A DNA stretch of 59,982 nucleotides, counting the filler, from Dugesia japonica (lineage: Eukaryota), in the NCBI GenBank assembly GCA_001938525.1. It is 5 parts of 5 records of this genome, joined end to end, with 100 filler letters (N's around TTAATTAATTAA, not from the genome) between each part and the next. Parts side by side here need not be neighbours in the genome. Positions count along the whole stretch, not along the records: positions 25,078 to 35,993 come from MQRL01635014.1; positions 36,094 to 47,446 come from MQRL01606118.1; 3 more parts are not named here. One strand, given 5' to 3'. Below the pieces are notes generated by a model. It made no database searches. It worked only from the letters and a program-made list of their open reading frames with translations, and was not told the origin of the DNA. Position 1 is the first letter of the stretch. Each line of letters begins with the position of its first letter. Below, piece by piece: positions 25,078 through 36,810 of the stretch. The position numbers and the translations under genes were made by a program.

Positions 25078-28000
25078 AACCAAGACTAGTAGAGAGAATA
25101 AACAATTTTAAAAGCGAACAACAAACAAAAAATTGGAGTCGGACCAAACAAATTCATGCCACTCGAGAAGAGGATGATAATGAGAATGACGAGATATTTT
25201 CTGAGACCATAATAGAAAATGAAGATCCGAGAAGAAAATACCCAAAATGCAGTGAGCTCCATCAGTAGAAGAGTTGATCGTAGCCATTCATTAAACAAGA
25301 TGGTATTTGATTAATCTCAAATGGCCGAGAAATTTAATGAGATGACCAAAGTTTGAGAAAAAGTTAGACTTTAGAGAGCTCAATGCATTAACAGAAAGAC
25401 AAGCTTTTCCTATGCCAAATGTGAACGAAATGCTAGATGCTTTGGAGGGTTCGCAATATTTTAGTTCAACAACNNNNNNNNNNNNNNNNNNNNNNNNNNA
25501 ACTCAGTTAAGATTCTCAAGAGAATACAGCTTTTTAGACAAAACATGGACAGTTTTGTTTTAATAGAATGCCTTTTAAAATTGCAGTACCACAAGGTAGG
25601 TTCCAGGATATGATAAATACAGCAATCGGGAAAATAAAAGGAGCAATAGTTTATCTGGACAATATTCTTATATTTAGCGAAACAAAGGAGCATCAATATG
25701 AAATAATCAATAAAGTGTTGACAGAAATTAANNNNNNNNNNNNNNNNNNNNNNNNNNNNNNNNNNNNNNNNNNNNNNNNNNCTCAAGAGAATACAGCTTT
25801 TTAGACAAAACATGGACAGTTTTGTTTTAATAGAATGCCTTTTAAAATTGCAGCACCACAAGGTAGGTTCCAGGATATGATAAATACAGCAATCGGGAAA
25901 ATAAAAGGAGCAATAGTTTATCTAGACAATATTCTTATATTTAGCGAAACAAAGGAGCATCAATATGAAATAATCAATAAAGTGTTGACAGAAATTAAGA
26001 AAGCTAGTTTAAGAGTTAATCCGGAGAAATGTCAATTCATACGAAAGGAGATCAAATTTTTGGGACACGTCATCAGTAAAGAAGATGTCAAAACAGATCC
26101 AACTAAAATAGAAGCAATTAAAAACTTTGGTAAACCAAAATGCGTTAAGAAGATGAAGTCTTTTAGTAATTTGCAATTACTAATTACTATCGCAAGTTTA
26201 TTAAAGATTATTCGAAAACAGCTAGATTGTTGTAACAACTGTGTAGTGGGCCAAGTAACAAGAAAATTGAATGGGCGAATGAATTAGAAAAAGTTTTTAA
26301 TGTAGTGAAAGAAGCACTAATGATGTCTCTAATATTATGTTTTCCAGATATAAATAGAGGATTNNNNNNNNNNNNNNNNNNNNNNNNNNNNNNNNNNNNN
26401 NNNNNNNNNNNNNNNNNGGACAACAATGGTCAATGAAGAGTAATTGGATATGGGTCGCACGCAATGACGAGCCACAAAAAAGGATATTGTACTACGCAGA
26501 AGGAATTACTCGGAATTTACTACTTTCGTATTCTTTTCAAACACTACTTATATGGGAAGAGATTTATTCTTAGAACAGACCACAAGGCTATCACTTTTAT
26601 GCTAAATACCAAGAAACCGATTACATCACAGTTTCAAACCTGGATGAATTATTTGAGCAGTTTAGATATAAAATTGGAATATAGAAAAGAATCGCTTCAT
26701 ACAAATGCAGATATATTATCAAGAAGTAAATGTGATACATGTGCACAATGTCTAATGTCACATGAAAATCCCAAAAGTGGAAAATTAAAAACAACGAACT
26801 TAAATACAGTAAATATTTAAGAGAAAAAAGGCGATTTTAGAGAAAAATATGAAGGAACATGGATTCCTGATGATAAAGTAGAAGAAGTTATAATGAAGAT
26901 ACACCACCTTTTGTGTCAAGCTGGAACATAAAAGGTAGCAGCGTATTAAAGCATAAATATATAGCAAAACTTTTGTGGAGCAAATTAAGAGGTTGTACAA
27001 AGCTGTATAACATGCCAGAAAGCTAAAGTGTTGACAACAAAAACGATGGAAGAAACGAAAATGACACAGCAAGCCGACATTTTTGAGATGTTATTTATAG
27101 ATGTGTGTGGAACACTACAGGAGACAAGAGGTCGAAAAAATATGTTCTCGGTATAATAGATCAATGCAGGTATATAGTCTTGATAGCAATGACAAAACAA
27201 TATGAAGATACCATACGGAAAGTAATAATGGAGAAGTGAATATTAAAGTTCGAGTGTCCGAGAGAAATTTNAGTTTATTGTGGAAAAGCATTTGAGTCTA
27301 AATCAATGAAAGATTTGGCAGCTGAACATGGAATTACCCTTAGGTTTTTAAGTCAATATCATCATAACATAAATAAAGAAATCAAGAGACAATTTAGAAC
27401 TATGCAGCATATGATAAATGAGACACTTAAAGAAAGACAAACCTTGGATTGAGTGGGTGTGTTGCCAGCGATAGAATTTACCTTGAATGCTACAAAACAG
27501 AAAACCATCGGGAAAATCCCTGCTAAAGTCGTATTTGGGAAGAGAATTAGCAGAAAAAGATGAACAGAAACAAATTCTCAAAGATTAAACACAAAGCAAG
27601 ATGAAGAGATTCTAATCAAAATGACTATTCGCGGTCATTTATGATGTCTTAGTGAAAGTTAAAACAAGAAACAGGAACCAAGATCTGGTTTGAAGGACCC
27701 TATAAGATCAAAAGAAACGTTCGTGACAGACATTACATCCTAAAAGATACAGACGGAAAACAGCTTGAAGAAAAGATAGAGAAGATCAAAAAATTTCTTA
27801 AAATGGGGATATAAGATAGTTTTTTAAAACAGATTAAAATTTTTTGTTTTATAAGGCGAAATTTATTAAAGTTAAATTTGTATTTAAAATTTGTATTAGA
27901 AGAATAAAATATAAAATTAAATAAATAACATATGTATTTTAGTGTATTTTAAAATTTGGTAATAAAGATTTAAAATTAAAATTTAAAAACTGCTGATATT

Positions 28001-28110
28001 TAATATTTTTCGCTTTAAAATATGAATTTTTAAGTTTGTTTGAAAAAAGCAAATTTATGTATTTAGTTTTTGTTTGAGAATAAATTTTGTTATGGAATCA
28101 AGTTTTGATA
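25078..28110 (+). mobile_element. Decayed Ty3/Gypsy pol (RT, RNase H, integrase), PPT and probable 3' LTR
   Basis: MPFKI...VYLDNILIF, KCQF...FLGHVIS, KGYCTTQKELL...RTDHKA; integrase remnants with EGPYKI; aaaatgggga PPT at ~27801, then an AT-rich LTR-like tract. Confidence 0.88.
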
Positions 28111-28119
28111 TTAATGATC

Positions 28120-29282
28120 AAATGACTTCTCCAAACTCATCTAATAACCATGACGATCCGATTTAAATTTTTCTAAGTCCGATTGAACACCACTATTGAA
28201 AAAATTCATTATGAATTCATTTACACACCCACTTATTGATTTCGCTATCACACACCCTCGTAGATTTCGCAACTTCATTATATTCTTAGGCCCTTCTTAT
28301 CCCATTCACTGATTTCTGAACCGAAAACCATTGCAATACTTTGAATTTTATAAATCACCTTTTGTTTCTTAAGTAAACGTGAATTTACTTGATTCAGTTT
28401 TTGATTCAAAATTTTGGATTGCCTTCTACTGAAAATTGCAACGGCATTTATACCAGTTTTTCGGTACGCCCCCATTCTTTCTATTGGTTAATATGTATGG
28501 CTAGATTTTTCTAGCGTTCTTATTGGCTAGATTATTCAAGTTCTGTCCAACGAGTTCTTNNNNNNNAGCAATATTCTAGAATTCCAAAACTGCTGGAATC
28601 CAATTGGCTAATCCTAAAATTCCTGTAACTTCTTTGTTGGTCAAGCTGTGATTGTCTAGCTTAAACTTTCGAAATCCATGAAGTTTTTTTGAATATAATT
28701 TTCTTAACCACTACTTTTTCCTTAATAGGAAGTCTTCATTTTCTTATATTTTCGTATAAATTTAATTTCTTTTTATCATACATTTTAATTTGCATGATTT
28801 ATTTTATTTAATAAATTAATTATTTATTTTTCTTTTCTTCTCGATTTATTAATTAGATCTCCATTTTTCATTTCTAAGCTGAAATTTAATTTAATTTAGG
28901 CTATTCTTCCCTTAATCAATTCATTTAATTTATTTCCTACCTCTTCAATTATTAATTTAAATCAATTATCTTAATAAATTATTTGCTCCAGTTATTATTT
29001 GCCATTTTCTTTGTTTTCTCAGTCTACTAGTGACTTCTGTCATTTCCTTTCTTCTTTGGTTTCCTCACTTCCAAGTTGTTTCCTTTTTTGTTTCAAGATT
29101 TTACGGGTCATTTCATGTTTTAATTCCATAATCTTTATTTTTCTTTAATTACTACTTTTTAAACTCATCTTTGACCTTTTATTTTCTGGATTCTTTGATT
29201 CCCTTTCTTATATCACCCTCTTTAATTTCAACCTTACCTATCGCTATGATTAACCTCCAATACCAGGTATTTTACCCTAACA
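28120..29282 (-). mobile_element. Solo-LTR-like repeat (family A), copy 3
   Basis: Minus strand starts TGTTAGGGTAAAATACCTGGT at 29282 (compare 1054). Several CCAAT boxes at 28483-28610 precede aaaactggtataaatgcc. Left end approximate. Confidence 0.45.
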
Positions 29283-29730
29283 AATCTATAACCCCTTTGG
29301 GCTTGTGCTCTGATCTGTTCTATTAATTGAAATGTGGTTGTTGTAACGCCACATAAATTGGAGAGACTTCCCGNNNNNNNNNNNNNNNNNNNNNNNNNNN
29401 NNNNNNNNNNNNNNNNNNNNNNNNNNNNNNNNNNNNNNNNNNNNNNNNNNNGTTTTCTGATTTTAAAATCTTGTGCAGTAGATTTAATAATTATTGGGAG
29501 AGAGTGATATGTAAAGCTTTGTTGATAAGGGTATTAAATCCTAGAATTAATGTTCAGTTGACGGATTCAATATCGCTCTTAAAATTATTTTATTGCTTAT
29601 TTATTGAGATTACATAATTAGAATTATTTAATCATTCAAACTTTATAAATATTTTGTTTTAATATTCTTAAATTGCCTGCTGATGACGGTTATTCCATTG
29701 AAATTGATCGCAACTAATAAATATTTTAAA
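29283..29730 (+). mobile_element. Penelope-like element 3' end: GIY-YIG endonuclease remnant plus pLTR
   Basis: LFY*LKCGCCNAT*IGETSR [gap] FSDFKILCSRFNNYWERVICKALLIRVLNPRINVQL...LLKLF, the typical PLE GIY-YIG layout. It is followed by a hammerhead-like motif and AATAAA. Confidence 0.85.
29673..29713 (+). ncRNA. Decayed minimal type-I hammerhead ribozyme
   Basis: ttgc-CTGCTGA-tgacgg ttatt ccatt-GAAA-ttga-TC-gcaa: stem I ttgc/gcaa, a one-mismatch CUGANGA core, an imperfect stem II, GAAA and a UC cleavage site. This is the expected position in a Penelope pLTR. Confidence 0.6.
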
Positions 29731-30129
29731 ATATTATGTTCAATTATTTATTTAAAAAAATTAGCATTATTTTTTGAGTTTTTACTCCATTATTTTTAAT
29801 AATTGTAATTAATTCTTATGTAAAAATAGAAAGTTCGACATCTATTGTTGAACACAAATAACAGTTCTACAAATCTTTAATTAGAGCAATAAAAAAACCA
29901 TTAAATACTGCAAATATCTCGAAGAATGTAATTTATAGTTAAATTAAATTAAGCAAAGTCGATAGCTAAAAGCGCACTGTCCCAAAGATTTTGTCTAGGC
30001 AAAGTGGAATAGAATTTTAAGCGTTTTGATTTGTCAAAATTTTTTTAAGGTCAAGTGAGATAAAATTGGAATAATTTTAATTAATGGAAACCTTTTTTTT
30101 NNNNNNNNNNNNNNNNNNNNNNNNNNNNN

Positions 30130-31912
30130 NNNNNATTGGTAGAAACTTTTCCAGAAACTATTCCAGATTTTTGTTGAGTCATGGGCGTGAAATTTAACTT
30201 TTTGTTTAAATTTACAGATTTTTATGATTTCTTGTTTAAATTAAGTGAAATTATATATTTTTTGGATTTTTTCATGAAAAATCTGTAAAATTACAATATC
30301 TAGTTACAATATCTTTGTTCCTTATCATACTTGAAGAATAAGTAAGTGCTTAGAATATTTAATAAATATGAATTACGTTAATTCGTATTATTCAAACAAC
30401 GGTATTTCAAATTTTCATAACTCTTACTTCTTTCAAAACGTTTTCCATCTTTTCAGCCATTCTATTCTTCTGGTTTTCAAACCATTTGGAAACTTGATTT
30501 CTACTTGATGTTCTGATATAAACCTCACTATCTGGTATAGCTCTTATTATAGCAAACCGTTTTCGCTTTTTTGCTCCGCCTTCTTCAAATTCTATTGCAT
30601 TATCTCTTCTCTGTCTGTCCTTCCTCTTGAGAGCGTTTCATCTTTGGTATAGAGATTTATTTTTCGACCAAATACGATTTCCAAAGGAGAGGATTTTGTT
30701 GAGTCCTGTATTGTAGCATTAACACTAAATTCTATTCTCGGTAATAATGTCCCCGACTCCTTCTCATTACATTTCCTTTTCATTGATATCGTAATCATGT
30801 CCTTCACTGTTTGGATCATCCGTTCTACCAAACAATTTGACTGGTGTTGATACGGAAAACTAAATTCCTGTACAATTCCAAATTTTCCTAGTTTCTTTGC
30901 CATCACTTGAATTTCAAATACTTTACCACTGTCTGTCANAATGGATTTTGGTTTACAAAAACCGTATATTCATTTGTTCAAAATAATCATAAAAATCGTC
31001 TCTTAATTCATTTTTAAAACTGCAAGTAAACTGACTAGTTTGCTAAAATTATCAATAATTAACATCATATATTTCCTTCCAGACTTGCCCTGTTCCATAT
31101 GAGTTATACAACTACAATTTGTTNNNNNNNNNNNNNNNNNNNNNNNNNNNNNNNNNNNNNNNNNNNNNNNNNNNNNNNNNNNNNNNNNNNNNNNNNNNNN
31201 NNNNNNNNNNNNTAATTGTCTCGCACAGCCCTGGCCAGAAATAACCATCTTGTACATATGAAAAGAACTCGTTACTTCCCACATGACATAAATCTTCATG
31301 AATGTCCTTTACCACTTTATCAACTATGTTTGTCGGAACCACTAACAAATTATCCACTATTTTTAATTCGTGCTTTAGTTTATTCCAGTAGCTTCCTTGT
31401 TCACTATTTTTAGTCTCTGAACCTTCTTCTCAAAACAAGCTCTGTATTTTTGAATCTTCTGCCTGAGTCTATCAAATCATTGTTATTATATCGATCTCAT
31501 GTTAAATTCCATTGCTATGTTTCAATCTGGCTTTTTTCTCTTTTTGCGACTGTGTTTCATGCTACATTGTGAACATAAATTCTCCTTTAGCCTCGACAAC
31601 CCATTCGCATTGTTGTGCTCTTCACATTTTCTATACTTGAGTTCAAGATCTTACTCTCCCAAATTCTNAATCCACGTCTGGAATTGTCGACTGATTGGTT
31701 TCTTTATGCTGTTTAGAAATACCAACGCTTTGTCGCATGTTCATACTAGAAATCACTTTCCATACAGATAATGTCCCTTGGCATCTTTTGACTTTCCCGT
31801 TAACTCCACTTAGTAATAAGCTTGGCCATTATCAATCGATGAAAATATTTTATAAAATAAATTATAACGTTCATTCGTATTATTCAAACAACGTTATTTA
31901 GAATTTCCATAA
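30130..31912 (-). mobile_element. Internally deleted Ty3/Gypsy element (RNase H end, integrase, LTR remnants)
   Basis: HEDLCHVG...YFWPGL, IIDNFSK, QSNCLVERMIQT. The direct repeat attcgtattattcaaacaacg...cataac at ~30381-30421 and ~31873-31913 marks the two LTR starts. Confidence 0.85.
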
Positions 31913-34900
31913 CCTTTTTTAAATTAACCAACATTTTAAATTTTTTAAGTGAAATTCCAGGGAACAACATTAACATTAGAAGATCGTGGACAATATTAAC
32001 ATCAAAATTAGTCCCCCACGAGCAATATTAGTATTAACGTCTCTCAAAGTTAATCAGTTTGGTCTCACGAGAAAAATCATTGTTAATTTTTAGGCTTAAA
32101 TAATATAATAACAGTTTTAATAATGGTTTTGTTTTTATTCCATACCATTACCTCCTCCACATGTACAGTCCAACAGAACATATCTAGTAAGGTCCATTAG
32201 AATCCAACCGAGTCCGTTCATAATTGGACTTATCAATTAGTATGCGTAGTATTAACTAAACCAAGCTCGATTACAATATGTGCATCTTCAGCAGTCNTGC
32301 TCCCAATCATACACATTCGGTCTCAAATGGACACTGCCACAACTGTCTTTATCTAATCTTTATGTGCCTCCTTTCTTTAAACCATTAGCTGTAATAACAA
32401 TTTCTGTATAAGCTGATGGGATTAATTTATGAGCACCAGCCACAATCCAGTTATAATCCGGTAAACTAACACGGTATTAAACGTGTATGAACAATATACT
32501 TTGCTTTTTTGCAGCTGTTAGGTCAATATGTACTCAACATTTGTCATCCAGATTGATAAAGCAAACTTCGGCTGGCCCGAGCATAACAGCCAACTCTTTC
32601 AAATGTCTGATTTTGGCTGTACAGAATCTATATCTACATGTACTACATAAAAATCCATTCATAATTTGATCAATTTAACTGAAATCTTGCTAATTACCTT
32701 CCAATAAACAATTGCGCTTTGGCAGAGAATGTAAATACTGAGTATTTCGACTAATCTGGAATCAATCCTCATGTATTTTTTCAGTCAGTTTATCAAGGGT
32801 TTTAATACTTCTGCATATGTCACTTAGCTTCTTTTCTTGTGCTACGAAGTCATAAATGACAATGTTAACAATTATTTTCAGTAGCATTGGTTGACCTTCT
32901 TCGACTTGCGGTATCCCCAAACTGTTTCTAACGCTTAAGACACGGCGAAATTCTGGCTTGTCTGACAAAATAGTCTCAAGTTTCCTCTTCTTATTGTCCC
33001 TTGCGTTCTTGGACTGTATCTGATAATCTCTTTCATTTCAGCGTAACTTCCAATTTTGTTTTCTTTGCCTGCATAAGCATTTTACTCTGATCCCCTTTCA
33101 GTAGCCAGTGTTCTGCGTTCAACAAATAAAGATGTGACTGCAACTGAAGATGGACTGTTGTAATTCATTGCGGCAATATTCCATGCACACTACTTGTATT
33201 CGGAAAATGTATTTTAGTTGTCACATTACTGTTGGTCATCACAGATGCGCCTTTAATAACATGAGAGTTATCAATTAATTTACCAGTAAATGATGTTGAG
33301 TAAGTGCTTTTTATATGCATCGGAAATTATGATATCTCCCTATCGTATTTACTCCATGTTCTCGTTATTTCCTTTCTATTTCTATTAAAAGTAAAATATA
33401 ATGTCACATTATTGTCCTCCCTATACGCCAAAACTTGAAACCCCCTCCTCAACCTAACTAGTATTTAAATATTGTTCGTTACTGTTGAGATGTCTTTGGG
33501 ATTTCGCAAAGGCAAATCAACAAGATCGTGACTTTATTTTTATTAGAAAGTATTGAAATCCAATAGTAGTATTTTATGCGTGTCTCATCCTTAATATGAT
33601 TATTATAGATAAAATAATATTATATAAATATGCTATATAGTTTCCTTATGTATATAAAAAAGAATTTTTACTTTTCAAAATTTATTAACAATAAAAGCGT
33701 TTTAGTTTACTAGCGTCTTTTATTTTATCTTAGATTTTGCCGCTGAAGAAGCTTTAGCTCTTGTTTTTAGATTCTTAAGGGTGGTATAAATGAGACTGTA
33801 GTCTCTATTTATACTAAAGAGGTATACTTGCAAATCGTAAATATTTACAAAAATTACATAGTGATTTATTAAAATTATAAATATTTATAAAAATTTTTTA
33901 ATAAAATTTTTTATTTTGATAAAATTATCTATTTTCATAAAGTAAAATTTTCTATTTTTGCAATTATTTACAGAATTATCGATAATTAATACAATATCCG
34001 TATGGTTTATAAATAAACTTTGTACCATTATAATAAAATGAAATTTGTTAAATAAAATTTACATATCTATAATAAGATAATGAAATTTGTACATATAGAA
34101 TGGAATAAAAATTGATAATGAAATTTGTACATAAAACATAAAAATAAAGGATGCAAATTGAAACAAAGTCAGAAGGTTCGAATAATTGAATCAATTAATA
34201 AAAAGTCAGATATAGTTTGTNGGATCAATTAAAATTTGAATAATTGAATCAGTTAGAATTGGTTTGGATTTGGAAAACTAGCTTTCTGAATAATTGTTGT
34301 TGCTGGATTAATGTTGGTTCGAATTTATTGGTTATACTGTTTATGTATGTATGAGTGTTTATGAGCTTTCTTCAACATTACTATGAATTTTCGATTTGAT
34401 AATAGAACTTTGCATCATACTTATTTAACGTGCTTGATTTAATTAAATTTGAACTTGTACGATAAGAGGATGCTATTCTCAATATTCCACCATGATTGAA
34501 TTCAATATTATCTTAATTTAAATAGTGAATTTTGTTTTCGCAATCGTGTTCAGTTCTGTAGTAATGCGTCACAAAATACCAAATTCGAAATTAGGCGACT
34601 TTTTGCTGAATTTCATTACTATTTCCGCCATACTTTTCTCCTAATTTCTTCCTGTTTTATCCTATTTTTACTCAATTTATTACTATAACCCGAAATCGTA
34701 CTTCCTAAAGAGCCTTTTTTCACATACTACTATTATTATTACAATTTTATCTTCATTAAGTTTATTTTGATTCGATTAAGTATTATTATATTGTAAATGT
34801 AAAAGTCCAGTGGAAATTTACTCTTCGCAAATAAACATATTTCGCTCAAAATAACCAAATATATATCGAATTTACTTATCGAAATATGAAAGCAATGAGT

Positions 34901-35475
34901 TTTTAGCTAATTTACAAAATATTTTTAATACTTTCTCATTTTCGATATTTTCAAAAAATATAAATTTACTGTTGCAAAATATCTAAGTGTAATAAACTAT
35001 TTTTTATTAAAATTTGGTCATTTTGGATATTGAATATAATTTTATTGTCTATTTCTGAAAATCCATAAATTAAGTAAATCTGATTTATTATATTTTATTT
35101 AATAAATTTTTTTATGAACATTTATATAAAAAGTTACAATAAAATAAATCTTATTCAAATAACTTAAAACACTAATAAATCTATTAATATTCATAAGCAT
35201 ATGTTAAATAATTAATCACAAATGAAATTATTTTTAAAATGGATATCGACGTTAATAAAACTTTTTTATTACGGCCATTCATTTTATAATGCGGTCAGAG
35301 GTTAATAGGCAATTTTTGAATGTTGGAAAATATTGAAAATTGTTTCTTTATTTATATTTCTGTATAATAAACCATATCTTTTTACAATTAATTTAATTTA
35401 TAGGCGCAATTAAAGAAAAAGCAGAATATATAAGAATTTTTTCTTAAACTTAAGTTATTGAATTCATTATTCATA

Positions 35476-35823
35476 ATGCTTACAACTAATTTATTACTTT
35501 GTTTTGGCGCTTTCTTTATACAAGTTTTTTGTCTTGACGATGTTTTGAAAAACAGTTTACTTAATAGCCACAATGAATATAGGAGAACCATTGCTCTTGG
35601 GAAAGGAGGACAAACAACTGCTTCAAATATGAGAGAACTTGTGAGTTACTTTTAATATTTATCTATCTATCTATATATAATGTAGACCTGGGATGCAGAT
35701 TTAGAAGCCAAAGCACAAGAACATGCAAACAGATGTACAATTAACCATGATACATATACTGATCGCCGAACATTGACTTTTAAAATGGTTGGACAAAACA
35801 CTTGTCTCAGTCCTGATGAAAAC
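35476..35823 (+). CDS. Secreted CAP/SCP/TAPS (venom allergen-like) protein, 5' two exons, truncated by scaffold end
   Basis: Exon 1 (35476-35640) has a signal peptide and HNEYRR...ASNMREL. A 45-nt GT-AG intron (35641-35685) follows. Exon 2 reads TWDADLEAKAQEHANRC...HD...VGQN in frame. Confidence 0.9.
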
Positions 35824-35923
35824 GTGTAATTTTAAGTTGCTGTTATATTTTTTACTTAATTCTAATATTATATCGTTACTTAATGAAAAGTTTTAATAAA
35901 AATTAATTTTAAATGAATGCAGT

Positions 35924-35924
<1 letters not shown>

Positions 35925-35993
<69 letters not shown>
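35925..35993. repeat. (AAT)n microsatellite
   Basis: Perfect TAA/AAT run up to the scaffold end. Confidence 0.97.
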
Positions 35994-36093
35994 NNNNNNN
36001 NNNNNNNNNNNNNNNNNNNNNNNNNNNNNNNNNNNNNTTAATTAATTAANNNNNNNNNNNNNNNNNNNNNNNNNNNNNNNNNNNNNNNNNNNN
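35994..36093. other. Artificial scaffold linker
   Basis: N44-TTAATTAATTAA-N44. Confidence 0.97.
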
Positions 36094-36333
36094 AGTATTA
36101 AAGATTGGACAAGTTTTTATCCAATATTCTGTTTTGATTGTTCTGCACAAGATGAAAAACTAACTGTTAATAATGTAGATTTAACATGCCACATGACTAA
36201 AGATTCTGAATTAAGTGGTAATTTGTATTGGTTAATACTATTAGAGAAACATGTTGAATTGAAAATAAGTAATGGTAAAGTAATGTTTGTTGAAAATATT
36301 AAAGGAGAAGATGTTAGAAAAATTAAATTATAA
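36094..36333 (+). CDS. Major capsid protein (double jelly-roll, hexon/PY-like), C-terminal 79 aa
   Basis: Open frame from the scaffold edge: SIKDWTSFYPIFCFDCSAQDEKLTVNNVDL...LYWLILLEKHVELKI. This resembles the YPIFxFDxSxQxE end of Polinton MCPs. Missing from the ORF track because it has no start codon. Confidence 0.75.
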   Translation, partial: SIKDWTSFYPIFCFDCSAQDEKLTVNNVDLTCHMTKDSELSGNLYWLILLEKHVELKISNGKVMFVENIKGEDVRKIKL

Positions 36334-36357
36334 TTAGGTTAAATTATTATTAAAAAA

Positions 36358-36786
36358 ATGGTTGGTGAAAAACAATTGTGTTTAATATGTAATAGATATT
36401 TATCAAAATCATATATAGTAAAACATAATAAACTTTGTGTAGAAAAGCATTCATCTACTGGTGATGAACCTATTCAATCGACTCTAGGATCAGATTTACA
36501 AAATAGTAAAATAACAAATACTTTATTAAAACCTTTTACAACAGAAAAGTATCCTGGTGAAAGACATTTGTTTAATCATAATTATACTGGACCAGGAACT
36601 AGATTGGATATTAGATTGGATGAGAATATGCATCCAAAACCAGGTGAAGAACCTGTAAATAGAGTTGATCAAGCTGCTTTAAAACATGATATTAGTTATA
36701 ATAGTAATGATATTAGAGATAGACATTTGGCTGATGTTAATCTAATACATGATTTAAATAATATAGAAAATCCATCATTGGGTTAA
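36358..36786 (+). CDS. Zinc-finger + parvovirus-VP1u-type phospholipase A2 (N-terminal part of a probable PLA2-integrase fusion)
   Basis: CLIC-x12-HNKLC finger; Ca-binding loop NYTGPG; DQAALKHDISY (catalytic HD); RHLAD. Confidence 0.9.
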   Translation: MVGEKQLCLICNRYLSKSYIVKHNKLCVEKHSSTGDEPIQSTLGSDLQNSKITNTLLKPFTTEKYPGERHLFNHNYTGPGTRLDIRLDENMHPKPGEEPVNRVDQAALKHDISYNSNDIRDRHLADVNLIHDLNNIENPSLG

Positions 36787-36810
36787 AAAGTTCAAAGAGG
36801 ACTAGTTAAA

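Noticed and set aside
25500-26000. Tandem duplication of an RT segment
   Set aside because: Two near-identical copies directly flank an N gap, which is typical of an overlap or haplotype assembly artefact.
32050-33330. More GC-rich, coding-like minus-strand remnant (possible DNA transposase)
   Set aside because: Too decayed; I could not identify a diagnostic motif.
33744-33765. CTGAAGA plus small hairpin resembling a hammerhead core
   Set aside because: No downstream GAAA or closing stems.
36784-36786. Alternative genetic code (TAA as sense) to explain the PLA2-integrase stop
   Set aside because: TAA terminates most other viral ORFs, including pPolB, at their expected C-termini.
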